Below, one piece after another: positions 13,868-29,917 of a DNA stretch of 64,000 nucleotides. The position numbers and the translations under genes are program-made. The notes beneath the pieces are model-generated. The model did not search any database. It was not told the DNA's origin and saw nothing but the letters and a program-made list of their open reading frames with translations. Positions within the stretch are counted from its first letter, which is position 1; every line of letters starts with the position of its first letter. This DNA is from Octopus vulgaris (Eukaryota), in contig OX597826.1 in the NCBI GenBank assembly GCA_951406725.2, positions 38,192,001 through 38,256,000 on the forward strand, in the 5' to 3' direction.

Positions 13868-14431
13868 CATACTGTGTAGTGTAATCTATGTGTTTGAACA
13901 ACCTCTCTCCTGAGCCGAGAGATATAAAATCCTTTACGCCAACAGACGTCCTTATATAAATAACATGGAAAGCAATGGAGAAAACCCGATGGGTTAGCAG
14001 CAGGACGGGGATATCACGAGATACAGTTACCTGCCTTAGCTAGCCAACCCGATCAGGCAGATCTTCTACACTGCTACCCCTTCACGAAGTAAATGCCTCT
14101 ACATCTCACTGTTCTTTCTTGTTGTCTCTTCTCCGTCTTTTACAATATTTTACTTTAGTTTTCCATTGACGAAACCATAAGTTTCCGTCCCTCCGGATTC
14201 TGTAATCCAGCCTAATCTCTTTAGAATGAATAATCAGCCTGTTTCTTATTATAAAGCCACCAATCATAACTCAACCTTACAAAATACTCATTAATTAAAA
14301 AATGAGTTCTTCTGATAACTATTTACAATCAGCTTCTGTAAACACACATTTAACTACATTATTTCAATATTAAAAACAGATCATCGGGCATCGTTCTCTA
14401 ATGATACGATGTATGTGTGTTCTCGTATGGA

Positions 14432-14466
<35 letters not shown>

Positions 14467-14707
14467 TAACAATTGAGGATAAAGTCTTTAAAAGAAATTA
14501 TCAGTAGTCAGCGTGAAAAACCTCGTATGAGAAAAAATCCGTAAATTCTTCCTCTTTGAAAATATTCATTTATATTATAATGAGGGTACTACTATTAGTA
14601 GATACCAACACGCTAAGAGGGACCAATGCGGTCAAAACTACTAAAAATAAACAAAATATTACCGAATGCAAAACTTCAAAACACATCATTTTAAAAAAGA
14701 ATTCAGT

Positions 14708-14770
<63 letters not shown>

Positions 14771-15029
14771 ATATAATTTATATTGTATTATACTACAGAT
14801 ATTATAGAGAGAGAAATGCATGTATAGAAAAATATGGTACTCCGTCGGTTAAGGCGACGAGTGTTCCAGTTGATCCGATCAACGGAACAGCCTGCTCGTG
14901 AAATTATCCCGTTGAAACCCCTGTGCGAAACCGGTTAGTAAGATCGAAAATAATGGCTATCTAATACTATACACTTTGAATAACACACACACACAAACAC
15001 ATACGCACCTACATGGATGTGAGTATATA

Positions 15030-15292
15030 TTTATATCGTTGCTATTAGGCAAAAGTGTCGTACGTCCAAAACGTTGCTTTTTCAGAAAACAAGAAAATAG
15101 TTTCACCGTTCTATAGTAAAACCGTTGTACTACACTTTGACAATTTTTGATATCTTGGCATCTGAAGCAGATGGAGATACGATAGTTTAACCAAAAGAAC
15201 CAACTATTGCAAGCAAAAATAATATTGAAAAAAATGCCTTTGGTCAAATTTGGACATACGACAGTTTAACCTTAATAACAACGATGTACATA
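15030..15292 (-). mobile_element. Copy of the 260-bp MITE family
   Basis: Reverse-complement similarity to 40545-40810. Confidence 0.75.
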
Positions 15293-17027
15293 CGGTATAT
15301 ATATATAAAGTAAATGGATGTTTATGTCGATGAGGAGTAATCGAGTTATTCGATCGGCTGAACTGTCTGCTGCTGGCAGAATTATAAAGTAATTGGTTGA
15401 GTATTCCGTAGGCACTTGTACCCTTAACTTAATTCTCAGACAGAATCAGCATGGCATAACATGAGAGAATGTTGGACTGTTTAATTACTGGTACAGTCCG
15501 GTATCTGTTTAGGTTAACGATAGCGGTAGTAGTTGTAATTGTTGTTGATCTTGCAGTTTAACTCTAGGTCGCCTCTGGTGAAACAGATTAGTAATCAACG
15601 ATGATACGTTCATGAGCATCAAGTCTTTTCCTGCGGGATTAGTGTAATTCGGACTACAATAATACAGACACATTTGTTACTATACTGACTAAAGCTGAAA
15701 TTCTTCCCGCAATGTATTTCATAGTTAATTACTTTTAATTCATTAAAATATCGTCGTTGTCTCCCCTGCCTCATTTAACCAGATCGATTAAATAAATTAC
15801 CTGGAGTTCATACATTATTTTATCGATCACGAAAAAAGCTGGAGCTAATGGTGACCTCAACAGGATTTGAACTCCGAACATAAAGAGCTAGAACAAATAC
15901 ACCAAAGCATTTTGTTCGACGCTCACGCAGTTCTGCCAATCCATCGTGCTAGATTTGTACTTTATCATTTCAATCCTCGGCGGGATTTGAACTCAGAGCC
16001 TAACGTCCTATAACAAATGCAGGAAAGTAATGCATCCGACGCTCTAACAATTCTGACAGTCCACCCTTCTCACAATGCGTACAAACACACACAAAACTGA
16101 CAGATTCTTTTCCCATCAGACCAAAGATATAGACTCTCTTGGTAGCAATGGAAAACCACACCCTTCGTGTATCCTCAAGGGTACAAGTGAAGTTTAAGGT
16201 TTTTTGATATGATACTCTTCATTACAATTGCTACCATACGTAATTTGTGGTGAATATATTTGTGTAAGGGGACAAGAAGATTTAATCGCATCCCGATAGG
16301 TTTTAAAAGGAGAGCCATATCAACTCAAAAACAATGTCTCGTGAATGATGTGTCACGCCTGCCAGCCGAGATGCCAGGAAATATCTCGAATGGTGCCAAC
16401 TACGTTGTATGAAATACTTACGGACCCAGACGTCATTTATATCTGTCACATGACAACCGGACCCCAGATGTTATTGAGATCCAGGATGAAATATATCCGT
16501 AGTAAAATATTTACTGCCGTAAAAGAAATTTAATTGCATGTCATATGTAAGTCAGAAGAAGTGGTGGAAGACAGAATCGAAACCGGGACAGCGGTTAATT
16601 GTGTTTAGTTATATCCTGTTATATTCTGACTTTTTCAAATTCAAACAGGGTCAACTTTGTCCTTAATTCGGCCGAAGTCGATAAAACAAGAACTAGTCAT
16701 ATACTGGGGTCCATCTTCCCTCTAAGCTACGCACATGTGTAAGTGCACACACCCTTTGCTCGCACGTTTTGTCTCAATTAATATACTAATTAATAGTTAT
16801 GCTAATTATATAATCAGTGTCACGTATACTTTTGGGACAGAACCCCTAAAAGTTACAGGGAACATTGCAAGGGGTTAACAGAACTATCTGTGCCCTACAA
16901 CTTACTACACAGAAAACAACGCACCTGTAGCAGAAACCACTGTGTGTGTATGTGTATATGTGTGCGTGTGTGTATGTGTGTATATGTGTGTGTGTATGAG
17001 TATGTGTGTATGTGTGTCTGTGTATGG

Positions 17028-17312
17028 TGAGGTCACGTGGCATAGCGATTAGGGTTTCCGGTTCACGATCCGGCGGTGCTTTGTGTTCTTGAGCAAGGTA
17101 TTTTATTTCACGTTGGCATAAATGCGTTGCACATGTAATTCAAAAGGGCCAGCTTTGTTCCATCCTGTGTCTCTCTGAATCTCCCTGAGAACTGCGGTAA
17201 GAGCACGCGTGTCTGCGGAGCACTCAGCCACTTGCACGTTAATTTCACGAAAAGGCTATTCCGTGATCGGCTCAACTTGAACACGCGTCGTCATAACCGA
17301 CGGAGTGTCAGT
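17028..17312 (+). mobile_element. tRNA-derived SINE family C
   Basis: tRNA-like head and tail CACTTGCACGTTAATTTCACG..CCGACGGAGT, shared with 14836-14908(-), 15320-15480(-) and 32966-33135. Confidence 0.75.
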
Positions 17313-18856
17313 TTTTTTATGTATGTGTGTGTGAGAGAGAGAGAGGGGGGGGGGAGCATGTGTGCATGTGTGTGTGTGCGAGTATGTGCGTGCGTGTATG
17401 TGTGTGAGTGTGTGTATGTGTGTGCGTGTGCATGTGTGTGAATGTGACACTAAACCGTACCAAAATGACTAAGAATTCATTATATTTAGAACTTGGTCAA
17501 TCCCGGTTGCCACCAACATTATTGGCTTATTGTAACGTCAGTCAGTTTATATATGAAATACAAACAAGATATGGTTTTAAAGACTGCTTTTACTTATTTT
17601 ATTGGATGTCTGTGGAGATTTGGGGCTGACTTAGGTTTCCTTTGTTATTTCCTGTAAGGTTTTGGAGAATTTTTGCTGCATTAATAATCGCTAAGTGGAG
17701 ATTAATTTAAGAGACAAGCGAAAATCTCTTCACTGAACTGAGATTCTGTTAGGGCGTTTAGTTTCAGAAGATCAAGCTAAAATAGGTTTACGTGTTTCCT
17801 TTCAGAACTTGGCCCTATGTTATGGTTGTGAAAATGCCATATTCTAAGAGGGAGGCCATCGTTGATTCGCTTTATTTAAAAATAAAAAAAAGACTTCAAT
17901 TTTTATTTTAACAACTTCCCACCCACCCACCCCCCTTCTGTTAATAATGAAGATCGTTAAATTTATAGAAGTTTTTCAGTAATTGCCATCATCGTCGCCA
18001 GAGGCGGTGCTTCCTCGCTATCGAAAAATGGTTTCCATGGTTTAAGACACCCTGAGCGGAGGGTATTATTCGCTTGCTAGTTTCCTTATTGCGGAATAAG
18101 TATGGCAAGTTCCATCCTTACAGTATTTGATCTTCAAAGACCCTGTACTCATGGCACACAAAGGTTAAGACGATGAGCTATCTGTCTAATTGTAGAGACA
18201 CGCCAATGACACAGTCTGTCGCAGTCCACCTTGACACCTTCTCTCAATGTATAACTTGACACTCCTTATGGAAAATTTTACACATTTTGGGTCCTTTTTG
18301 TTATTTTCTCGTCTACTCTTTCTCTCTCATTCTCTCTCATCTCTCTTTCTTTTTTCCCCTCTCTTCTCTTCTCTCTTTCTCTCCCTCTCTTTATCTATAT
18401 TTCTATCTATCTATCTTTCTAACACACTCGCCCTGACACGCACAAGTACTCTCTCATACACATACTGTTTCTCGCACACTCTTTCTTTCTCTCTATGTAA
18501 CACACACACTCATCTTTCTATCTCTCCTTCTCTCTCTCTCCTTCTCTCTCTCCTTCTCTCTCTCCTTCTCTCTTTCTCTTTCTTGCTCTTTTACTCTCCC
18601 TAAAACTCTCTTACATAGACATACACAGATTGTCTCTACAGTCAGCCACATACACACGCACACACACACGCGCGCACACGCATACACACACACACACACA
18701 CACACATTCTTACTGTTCTGTTAACGTTGTTGCTGTTAAAATTGCTTTAAGATCTGCGACTTAAAAATAATTTCTAAGTTCAGTGCTGGGCCGTAAATTA
18801 GTCGAAAGCGATTGAAATTAACTGAATCGACGTGAAGATATTTAAAATAAACTGGA

Positions 18857-19222
<366 letters not shown>

Positions 19223-20485
19223 AAGTAAAAGAGTAAAAGAGTATCCATGCGTCAGATACAACGTGAGTCCATCCTAACCATCAGCGACAGGCATCAGCCG
19301 AGTGCTGGAAAATCCGGGTTCAATTCCAAACGGGGAAGATACGAAACTGTAGTTTATTTTATTAATCCTCAGCGAAAAGAAGAGGGATTGGAGGGCCAAG
19401 TGGAATCTGAAGCGTTTCGAACTCATAACTTAAATAATTCTTTCTACTCTAGGGACAAGGCCTGGGATTTTGGGAGAAGGGGCAAGTCGATTACGTCGAC
19501 CTCAGTACTCAACTGGTACTTAATTTATCGAGCCCGAAAGGATGAAAGGTAGAGTCGACCTCGGTGGCCACAACTTACATAATTCAAACTCACAACTGAT
19601 GCTCGGCCGTTTCTTCTTCACACACACACACACACACACCTCTTTTTTTAATTCATGATGTGGTAAGAAGTTTTATTTCCAACCACATGGTTCTAGGTTC
19701 AGTCCCACTGTGTGGCACCTCGGGCAGGTGTCTTCCACTGTAGCCTCAAGCTAACCAAAACCTCATGAGTGGATTTGGTAGACGGAAACTGAAAGAAGCC
19801 AGTCATGTGTGAGTGTGTGTGTGTGTGGTCCCCATCACCTCTTGACAACTGATATTGGTGTATTTACCTTCCTGTGATTTAGCGGTTCGGTAAAAGTGTC
19901 CAATAGAATAAGCACCAGGTTTTAACGAAAAAGAAGAAATGGGGTCGATTCAACGCGTTGCTCCAGCATGGACGCAGTCTAATGACTGAAACAAATAAAA
20001 TGACATCATTTCTACCAAGATATTATGAAACCATTTATAGCACAATGACATGGCCTCTCCCAGATGTGCGTGTATGTGTGTGTGTGTGTGTGTGTATGTG
20101 TGTGCGTACGTGTACGTGTGTGTGTGTGTGTGTGTGTGTGTTAAATCTATGAGACAATTTACGAAGCAAGAAAATTCTGAATATTTTAGGGGCTGAAACA
20201 GGGAAGACGTGACATTTGTGCCTAACAAATATGCCTTTATTATATCAATCTCTGTACTTGGCTGATACTTATTTTTATTCGGGGCATCAATTTTAATATC
20301 GTTATGATTTGAATGTGAAGATGTAAATAAGAAAAACGATTTTAATAGAATGTTTAAATACTCTAAGACAATAGTAATATTGTCGTTATATGTATTTTTA
20401 TGACTAGCTGTCTTTGTAAATATTTATAGATTATGACTGTGAAATAGAGGGTAGGGAAATAGTTGAGAGAAAGGATTGACGGTTG

Positions 20486-21143
20486 CAGTGGCGACTCGTA
20501 GATATAATTAGTGGGAGTGCTGCTTCAGAAAATTTTTAGCCGTTTTTTTTTTTTAATATTGTGTAAAAGGAAACACACATTTAAAAAGAAAATTTATACA
20601 TAAACTTGATTGGTTCGCGTTTTAGCTACTGCCGGGTAGTGTGTTTACTTTGTTCACTGAACACAGCCGCGAATTCTCCCTTGTTTTTCAATAATCCCCG
20701 CAAATCACAAAATAAGGTGGGGAATCTGCCCTATTTTTCAAATTCTGGCAGCAACACTGAAGCTGAAAGTAGGACAATAATCTAATTCTATACTTTATCA
20801 CATTCAAGAATATAAACAAGCTTTATAAGTACAACATACGCGGAGTCAAAAAGTAATACTAGCTTTCACCAGCACACCAGGGACGGCACTGCGTGAACGA
20901 CAGTACTCTCTCTCCCTAACGTGCAGCTTCCTATCTCGAACACCGCGCACAGTTCTATACAAGGATTTTTGTATTTGACATAAACTAGAAGATGGCTACT
21001 GACATTAAGCTTAAGGATTATATAATGTACAAGTGTAAAGAAAGAATTAAAGAAAGGACTCATTATATTGAATGTTATCGATAACATCGAGTGGAAATAG
21101 GGGGTGCTGCAGTTCCGCAGTGCCTGTACACAAGCCGCCACTG
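20486..21143. mobile_element. Non-autonomous hAT DNA transposon
   Basis: TIRs CAGTGGCGACT / AGCCGCCACTG. 8-bp TSD GACGGTTG / GACTGTTG. Confidence 0.85.
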
Positions 21144-21258
21144 GACTGTTGTCATATGGACGCGAACCTTGGCAGGATTTGAACTCAGAAAATAAAGAAC
21201 CAGAAGAAATGTGGCAAACATTTTGTCCAATGCACGAACGATTCTACCAGCTCACCGT

Positions 21259-21300
<42 letters not shown>

Positions 21301-21421
21301 CAGCCGGATTTTAAGTTTTCCCAAATTCTCAGCCATCAGTCTCTCACCAAAGATTTTAAAAAATCAAACTGTGTCACTTCTAAGTGAGTTGTAAAATTAT
21401 GTCGTTATACACACACACACA

Positions 21422-21531
<110 letters not shown>

Positions 21532-24500
21532 AACCGACATAATCTCTTATTACAGACCTTTTACTCTCGAATAAACATAGAATTAAAGATAACTCCTCGT
21601 CAAGGGAGCGATGAATCGACTCAAACTCAAGGATATTTGTGGTTTTTGTTGTTCTACTTGTTGCTGTTGTTGTTGTTGTAACAGAGAAGAGAAAGAAAGA
21701 AAAATTAATGTCTTAGACAAACAGGAAGTCATTTTGTTTTCAATTTATTGTTTGTCATTTGCTCACCCCCACCACTATTTTACATATTATATATATATAT
21801 ATACACACACACACATACACACACACACACACACACACAATACATACATACATACATACATACATACATACATACATACATACATACATGCATACATACA
21901 TACATGCATACATACATACATACATACATACATACATACATACATACATACATACATACATACATACATACATACATGTCGCAAACATTATGTTATAAAA
22001 TTTCAACTGACGTCTGCGAAAATATGTCGTACCCAGTTTTTATCAGCTATACACACCCTTTTGCTGTTTTATCTCTTTCGATCACTGAAGTGCGGCCATG
22101 CTACAGCTCCGCTTTCAAATATTTCTCAATCAATTCTTCTGTTGACCCTCAATCCGAAATCGGTCTGGTATTCATTGTATCAGTTTATATTTATTGAATG
22201 GCTAAGTTCACCTAAGTATTGTTACATTACTTTAGGGACAGAAATACCAAAAGGCACCGACAGATGAGGCACTGATTTCACACATATGAACACACATAGT
22301 ATATTTATAACATATATATAAATACATATGTATATGCACATGTATATATATATATATATATATAAATGCATATATACACATACACACAAAAGGTTTCCGT
22401 ACAGTTTCCATCTTTCAATTACAAGACACCGATGAACCTGAAATTATTGCAAAAACGACTTGTTCAAAATGTCGCTCAATAGGGTGGTACTGGTAATCAT
22501 GGAGTTACGAAGTAAACTTCTTAAGTCTGTTGTACACCCCGTGACCCTTTACAGAGACGCTAACATTGGAAACTAGGTTTCAGTGCTCGTAACACAGAGG
22601 ATTCTGATAAAAGCCACCTAAGTGCCATATGGTGGTACCCAAGGTGCTAATGTTTATAGGAAAATTCACCGTAAAACAAAATATTAAATTGGAAAAAAAA
22701 AACCTTAGTAGTTTTCTTAAAATGGCGACTTCATCAATCAACCTTCCAATTAGAGAAGGGTAATTTCTTTCAAATTAATTATTTAGTTTACAGTCGGCTC
22801 GTGTGCCTTCTTTGTGGCGAAATTTCCTGCAGCAAATTTTTCGGATTCGAGTACCAATCACTAATCTTGGAGTGATACGTTTTTAACCGCCTCTGAAATG
22901 GTGAGAAGTATAATTGACTTCGATAGGATTTGAACTCAGAGCTAAGAGACCCAGAACGAATACCGCGAGACATCTTGTCCGACGCTCTAACTACTCTGCA
23001 AAATCAGAAAACACTCTTGTAATAAAGCTGAGAATCATGTTTCTCTGTATTTATCTTGGTGATGTCTATGGGGAGATGTCTTGTCGCATCAGTTCTGGCT
23101 TCGAATGTTAGGATTTCATATATTATTTAATATCACCAGTTGCGTACTGGGGTCGATTTAATCGACTGGCCCCCCACCCCACTTCCCAAAAATGTCGGGT
23201 CTTGTGCCTAGAGTGGAAAAGAATATCACAGGTTTCTTCAGGGTGGAAAACGTGGCCTCTGGGTGCCGGCGAAATGGTAACAGGGATCTCGTATCAGATG
23301 GAGCGACGCATCGACTGGAGTAATAACTGGGTCACGCATGAATAGGGATGAATACAAAGAGTGAACCCCTGCTTAAAATGTGATAAATGATGGTAGTAGA
23401 TGTAGTAGTCATTTGAAGAGAGTTCTCGTAACCACTGTGAGCTGCTAACAAACCTTTGAACACATGTAATGGTACAATGTAATAAAGAGAAACGCAGTAA
23501 TACATTTGTATTTTGGGAACATTCGAGAAAAATTGTGACTTCTATAATAATCTAAGTTGTGTTATCTTAACACGGGGTGACACGTGAAATATTAACAGGA
23601 AGAGATACGTATCTTGGTGAGATTTATTAAATCTTAATCAGGATTAGTGTTATCATTGTCAGCTGAATGAACAAATATATTCCTGACGAAATATAATCTC
23701 AGGCAGTCTATGATTTTATATATACATGTGTGTGTGTATGGGATGTTACTAAATTTTAGTTTCTTTCGTGACGTTTTACATATTGACTATTGTAGCCCTG
23801 AGATATAACGTAGCTAGCTCGATACTTCCATAATTAATGCAGTGGACTAATAATTGGGGTCGATTGCATAGACCCCAAAAGGATGAAAAAGAAATCGTGA
23901 TTTTGGTCTTGTCAATTGTAGATACTTGATTGTAGAAAATTTGAACGCAGAACGCAACGAAACGGAAGAAATGTGGTAAGTGTTTTTGTCCGACGTGTTA
24001 ACGTTTCTGCCAACTCGCCAGCTAAACGGGTTATGCACCGATATGATTAATAAAACAAGATAAGCAATAAGATTTCTTCGTTTTTCTCCAAATTGTTAAC
24101 ATGAAAATATAGTTGTTAGTTTTTAAGTTTCCATATGAAATAGCAGCAGACATTTTTTGTTTGTCTTCAGTGAAAAAAAATTGAAAATCGTTGCTTGAAG
24201 CAAAAAAAATCGTTGATAGTTAAAGATATTTTGAAATTTTGTTCTCGAAATATAGTGAATACTGCGTACATTGGAATTGTTTATCCAAATAGAACTTAGT
24301 ATTTTCGGGAAGTATTTATCTGTCGAAACAAATTTCTCCATTTGCTGTGATGTCGATGAAATATATGGGAAAATTATTTTTTTTTTCAAACTGATACAAG
24401 ACATTATGTAAATAAGTAATTTCTCTTGGGAAATGTCGGCTTGTCAGACTGAATATAAAAAACAAAACACAATACGCGTTTATATGCTTACGTCCTAATT

Positions 24501-25135
24501 CTCTGTGAGAATCGTGAAAGTTAAATGGAAGAAAATCATTTCAGTACGGAACTTACGATAATTTAAAACTTTATATAAAAAAAAAAATCTTGTGATTTGT
24601 TTGGCTTTTACTAAAGTCATGAAGGCACCTCAAACTTCTAGAAATAGTAACCAAGTTTCCCTCAAATCACTCCTAATATATTGAATATGGAAAGGGCACA
24701 AAAGGAAATACATATTTTATAATGTAAGTCCGAGGTAAAAATCTGCATAAAATAAGATGGAATGGTCTCGGTTTGGGTATGTTTGATCATGGACTGGTGG
24801 CTCAGGGTTAAACAACAACGACAGAAACAACAGTAGCAACAACGACGACGACGGCGGCAATAGAAGCCATTGCTGAAGTCTTTTCCACACTCGTTGACTG
24901 GGACGTCGAAGTGAAGTACGAACAGTAAATGTTCAGTTTGGACAATTAGAGGGAAAGTTAGTATTTGGAGGGGGGGGCGATATTGGTGGGAAATATGGAT
25001 TTTTCATTGTTGGTGTTGTTGCTGTTGTTTTCGTTTCTTTAGTGAATGTAGTTGTTGTTGCTATAGTTGTTGATGTTGTTTAGCCCCAGGTCAACACATG
25101 TGCAGGCACATACATACACACGCACGCACACACAA

Positions 25136-25176
<41 letters not shown>

Positions 25177-25194
25177 AACACACTCCCCATCTAA

Positions 25195-25399
<205 letters not shown>

Positions 25400-26218
25400 A
25401 TACTTTTATCAAACAAGAGAGACACATTAATCTGTGGAATATGGTGAGATATCAGCGAGGAGCTATCAAGTGAATATCGGTCAACGGAATAGGTGGGGGG
25501 GGGAGAGGGTGAAGGGATAGCCAATAGTGACTTTGTATAGGAACCACATTCCTGAGTATCGTATTACTGTGGTGGTGGTGGTGGTGGTGGTGGATGATTT
25601 CGTCGTCATCATCGTCGTCGTCGTTGTCGAGTCGTCGCCGTGCTCGCAGCAGCGGCGGTGGCGTTAGTTGTGGTGTTGGAGGAGGAGGAGGAGGTGGTGG
25701 TGGTGGTGGTGGTGGTACAAAGAAGAAATATTTGTAAACAGAAATATGGGTATTTATGATGAAAAGAAATAATAATAAAAAAAAAAACAGGAATTTCAAA
25801 TATCAAAATTATTAGTTTACATGTCACGACATGCGTTTGAGTGTAACACTTTAAACAAACTCAACTATGGAACGACATCGAAAACATAATCGAAATATTT
25901 AACATAACAAAGCAATATTATGTTGTGTACATTTCTGAATAAACAATAATATTTATAACAATAACATCTATAAAACAAGGAATTGCCACCCGTTTTGCCA
26001 TTAATATGAAATAATTTCACATTAAATCAATGAAGAGTAAAATAACGACATAATTTTATGTACTGTTGTGTGGAGAAGAGTAATGTTAATGTAAACGGGT
26101 GTGTGAGAAAGAGAGAGAGGAGGAAAGAGTGAAACGGATCAATATTTGTCTATAGTTTAGAGAGGGCTGGGTACTTATGAGAAAGAAGTGTGTGTATTTT
26201 AAAGCGAGAGATTTTGGA

Positions 26219-26261
<43 letters not shown>

Positions 26262-26310
26262 TGTGTATGTAAGTATATTTATATGTGTGTGTATATATAT
26301 ATATATATAC

Positions 26311-26534
26311 TTCTTTCAGTCATTTGACTGTGGTCATGCTGGAGCACCGCCTTTAGTCGAGCAAATCGACCCCAGGACTTATTCTTTGTAAGCCTAGTAC
26401 TTATTCTATCGGTCTTTTTTGCCGAACCGCTAGGTTACGGGGACGTAAACACACTACCATCGGTTTTCGAGCGATGTTGGGGGGACAAACACAGACACAC
26501 AAACACATACACATACATACATACACACACATAC

Positions 26535-26588
<54 letters not shown>

Positions 26589-26667
26589 CTGAGCGCCATA
26601 CTAATACAATTGTTCGTTTGTTTTCCACCTGCCTTCGTCTTTTGTTTATTTTCATAAAGCCTCCCGT

Positions 26668-26701
<34 letters not shown>

Positions 26702-26860
26702 TATATACACACACAACGGACTTCTTTCACTTTCCGTCTACCAAATCTATTCACAAGGCTTTGGTCGTCCCGAGACTATAGTAGAAGACTCTTGCCCAAG
26801 GTACCATGCAGTAGGACTGAACCCGGAACCATGTAGTTCGTGAGCAAGCTACTCACCACG
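26311..26860 (-). mobile_element. SINE family A copy with a PLE fragment (26586-26670) inserted in its microsatellite
   Basis: Similarity to 9235-9733. The insert resembles 27730-27815. Confidence 0.8.
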
Positions 26861-27815
26861 ACTTGGCAATGACACTCCGGTCTCGCGCCATTTCCTCTCT
26901 ACCAGTCACTCTTTGCAACACCTGTCTTTGTTCGGATTGTCCTTACACAGGGCCATCCGAACTCCCACCTTCGCCGTGAAGGATTTATCTTCTCTCTTCG
27001 CTCCTTTGCGCCAAATGGACTCAACCTTCCTCCCCTCTTCATCTAACCCCCCTCCCTTCTCCTCTCACACCTACTTCCTCCTACCCACCTCTCTTGCTCC
27101 GACTCCTACTTCTTCTCTTCACTCTTACTCTCCTCTCTTCTTTTCACTCCTTCCCACCTTCTCCCTTCCCCCTCTCCCTTCAGTGTCACCCCTCCCTCGT
27201 AACCCCACCCCTACACAATCCAAACCCACCTTCCTAATCCATCCCACTCCATCCCTTAAATCCACTCCCACATACACCACCTCTACCCCACCCTTAGCCT
27301 AACTCACACCCCATCTTTGCTTTCCCCACTCTCGCCTTCCCACATCCCCACACCACGACACCACACCACACACCACTACCATACCACACAACACCACATC
27401 CCATGATACCACATTGCACACACTAGTACTGACCACTTTCCAGCCCCACATCTTCATCTACACACATGCACACACGCACACGTCAAGGTCACCAGCCCTC
27501 TTCCACACGCACATACATGCTCTCTTATACACACGCACGCGCACCATCGTTTTGGGATCACCACTACTTTATTATCTTCCCTTCTTCCTAGCTCTTCTCT
27601 GTGACCCCTCTGTCCGGCATTCGCCATGACAGACCGCTAGTCACTACACATTCTTTATTTTCTCTCTTGTTTCTTTGTGTGTTCCTTTCTGTGGAAGAGC
27701 ATAGGCTCGAAACGTTAAAGACTTTTTCACTTCCCGAGCGTTAAACTAATACATCTGTTTGTTGTCTACACCACCTGACTTCGTCTTTTTTATATTTTTT
27801 TTGTAATTCTCCCCC
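26860..27815 (+). mobile_element. 3' part of a Penelope-like element (Neptune-type): GIY-YIG endonuclease C-terminus, C-rich 3' region and HHR-bearing pseudo-LTR
   Basis: 26860-27026 translates, with one frameshift, as TPVSRHFLSTSHSLQHLSLFGL..RREGFIFSLRSFAPNGLN, matching the PLE C-terminal motif PVxRHF..ExxxIFxLxxxxPxGLN. HHR-like motif at 27685-27720. Ends in (TA)n. Confidence 0.8.
27685..27720 (+). ncRNA. Minimal type I hammerhead motif with A6U core
   Basis: cttt CTGTGGA a GAGC-atag-GCTC GAAA cg TT aaag. Stems I and II pair perfectly. Confidence 0.6.
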
Positions 27816-28982
27816 TATACATATATATATATATATAATAAATGAAAAAATGCATTGTAAATAAGCAACAACAAATCATATCCGTATAGTGAGTGTACAA
27901 CGGGACGGGAGACAGACACGGAGGCTCCCTAATTCTTCATCACTTATCAACCAAAATGGTAACACTCAGTTTTGCACCGTTAATGATAAGACTGAGAACT
28001 TCCCATATTGGTGGTGCCTGTGGAGTGTGTGTGTGTGTGTTATGTGTTTTTAAACAAAAAAAAAGGAAAAAATAAGAAAGAAAGAAAGATTTTTCTGGGA
28101 TGGTTGAAATTTGATAAATAGATCATTTTAGTGTTATTTGGTTACTATGACAAACAAACTGAACGATTCTGTAGATCCTTTTAACATTATCTTGGGTTGG
28201 CTATAGAAGCAGAGAGAGAGAGAGAGAGAGCCGTGTGCGTTTATGTATGTGTCTGTGTGTACGTATATGTATGTGTATGTGTGTAAGTATGCTAAAGAGG
28301 CAGACAGACAGACAGAAGCTGGTGTGTTTAGGTCAATCTTTTTTCAGAGAGATAAAAACACCACTTCCCCCAACCCGTTTCTCCGCCTTCTTCTAATGTA
28401 TTTGGCTTGGTGCCTTTAGTAAGAAACCAATTTCTCCATGACCCTTATTACAATTGAAGGATTAGCTACAGTAATAACATATGACATTTAAACCTTATAT
28501 CTTCAAACTGTCGTCTGTTACAGCCCTACACCCGTAGTTGTTACCACACTTCTGTCTCTTTAAAATTTGGGTTCCCACCCTGAGAGCTGTGGGCGACCCA
28601 AATTGGTTTGCCGTATAATTATGAAAGGGTCACAGAGTTAAAATGTTATACTTAGGAAATATTTAATAAACCGTAAAATGCTCATGTTATATACCCATGA
28701 GGACATAAGGGCCACTACACAGCTTTTGCTTAACACAAGGGTCACAACATGATGTTTACTAGACATAAGGGCCACAGCATTTCTTAGTCATAGCTATGTA
28801 GTTAAGACGCTCGCTTTGCAACTACACGGTTTCGGATTCGGTCCCACTCCACGGCATGTCTTCTGTTATAGCCCCGGCTGGACCAATGCTGTTTGAATGA
28901 ATTTGGGAAATGGAAACTGTGAGGAAACCTGTTATATATTTATACATATTCCTTTACTTCTTTTACTTGTTTCTGTCATTTG

Positions 28983-29025
<43 letters not shown>

Positions 29026-29560
29026 CGTGTGTGTGTGTGTATATATACACACACAATACACACATGTGTGAGTGTGTATGTGCGTCTTTGTAATTGTGGT
29101 TGCATCTCTACCGTTTGTCAACCGGTGTTGGTTCATTTACGTCCTTGTAACTTAGCGGTTCAGCAAAAGAAACCGATAGAATAAGTATCAGATTTTAAAA
29201 TAATTTCTGGAGTAGATGTGTTCGACCGGACCCTTCAAGGCAGCGCAACAGCATGGCCGCAGTCTAATGACTGAAACAAGTAAATGATTAAACGAATGAC
29301 GATCACAACACAACATTTATTAGAAACACAATATTTACTGCAAAAACAAATTTGATATTTTCTGCCAAAATGAAAAATGTCAAATAATTTTATTAAAATT
29401 CCTAAAAAATTGTTTAAACATGCTTGTCAAAAAGTATCGGAGGATTATTGATTTGGTAAAATAGGTCAAAATAGCAAATGGTTGGCACCTGATGGTATAT
29501 AGAGACACACTCGCTACATGTGTGTCTGGAGCGGAGTGTGTATATGTATAAATACATACA

Positions 29561-29612
<52 letters not shown>

Positions 29613-29695
29613 TATGTGTACGTTTGTATTTATACATATACACATATACACATACACACACACACACACATATATTTATATGCATGTATGTATGT

Positions 29696-29726
<31 letters not shown>

Positions 29727-29873
29727 CATACGTATACATATATGTATAAACAAAATCGCGGGCGCGCACACACCCATTTAATATTGGCCCAGTTCAAACA
29801 ATGCCATTCTGTCTCGTGTATAAACCACCAAATAATCTTTAACATTCTTTAGTCGTAAACACGACTCATAATG

Positions 29874-29917
<44 letters not shown>

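Noticed and set aside
16345-16533. Possible mariner transposase remnant (EILTD..GPQML)
   Set aside because: Similarity is too weak to call by eye and no TIRs were found.
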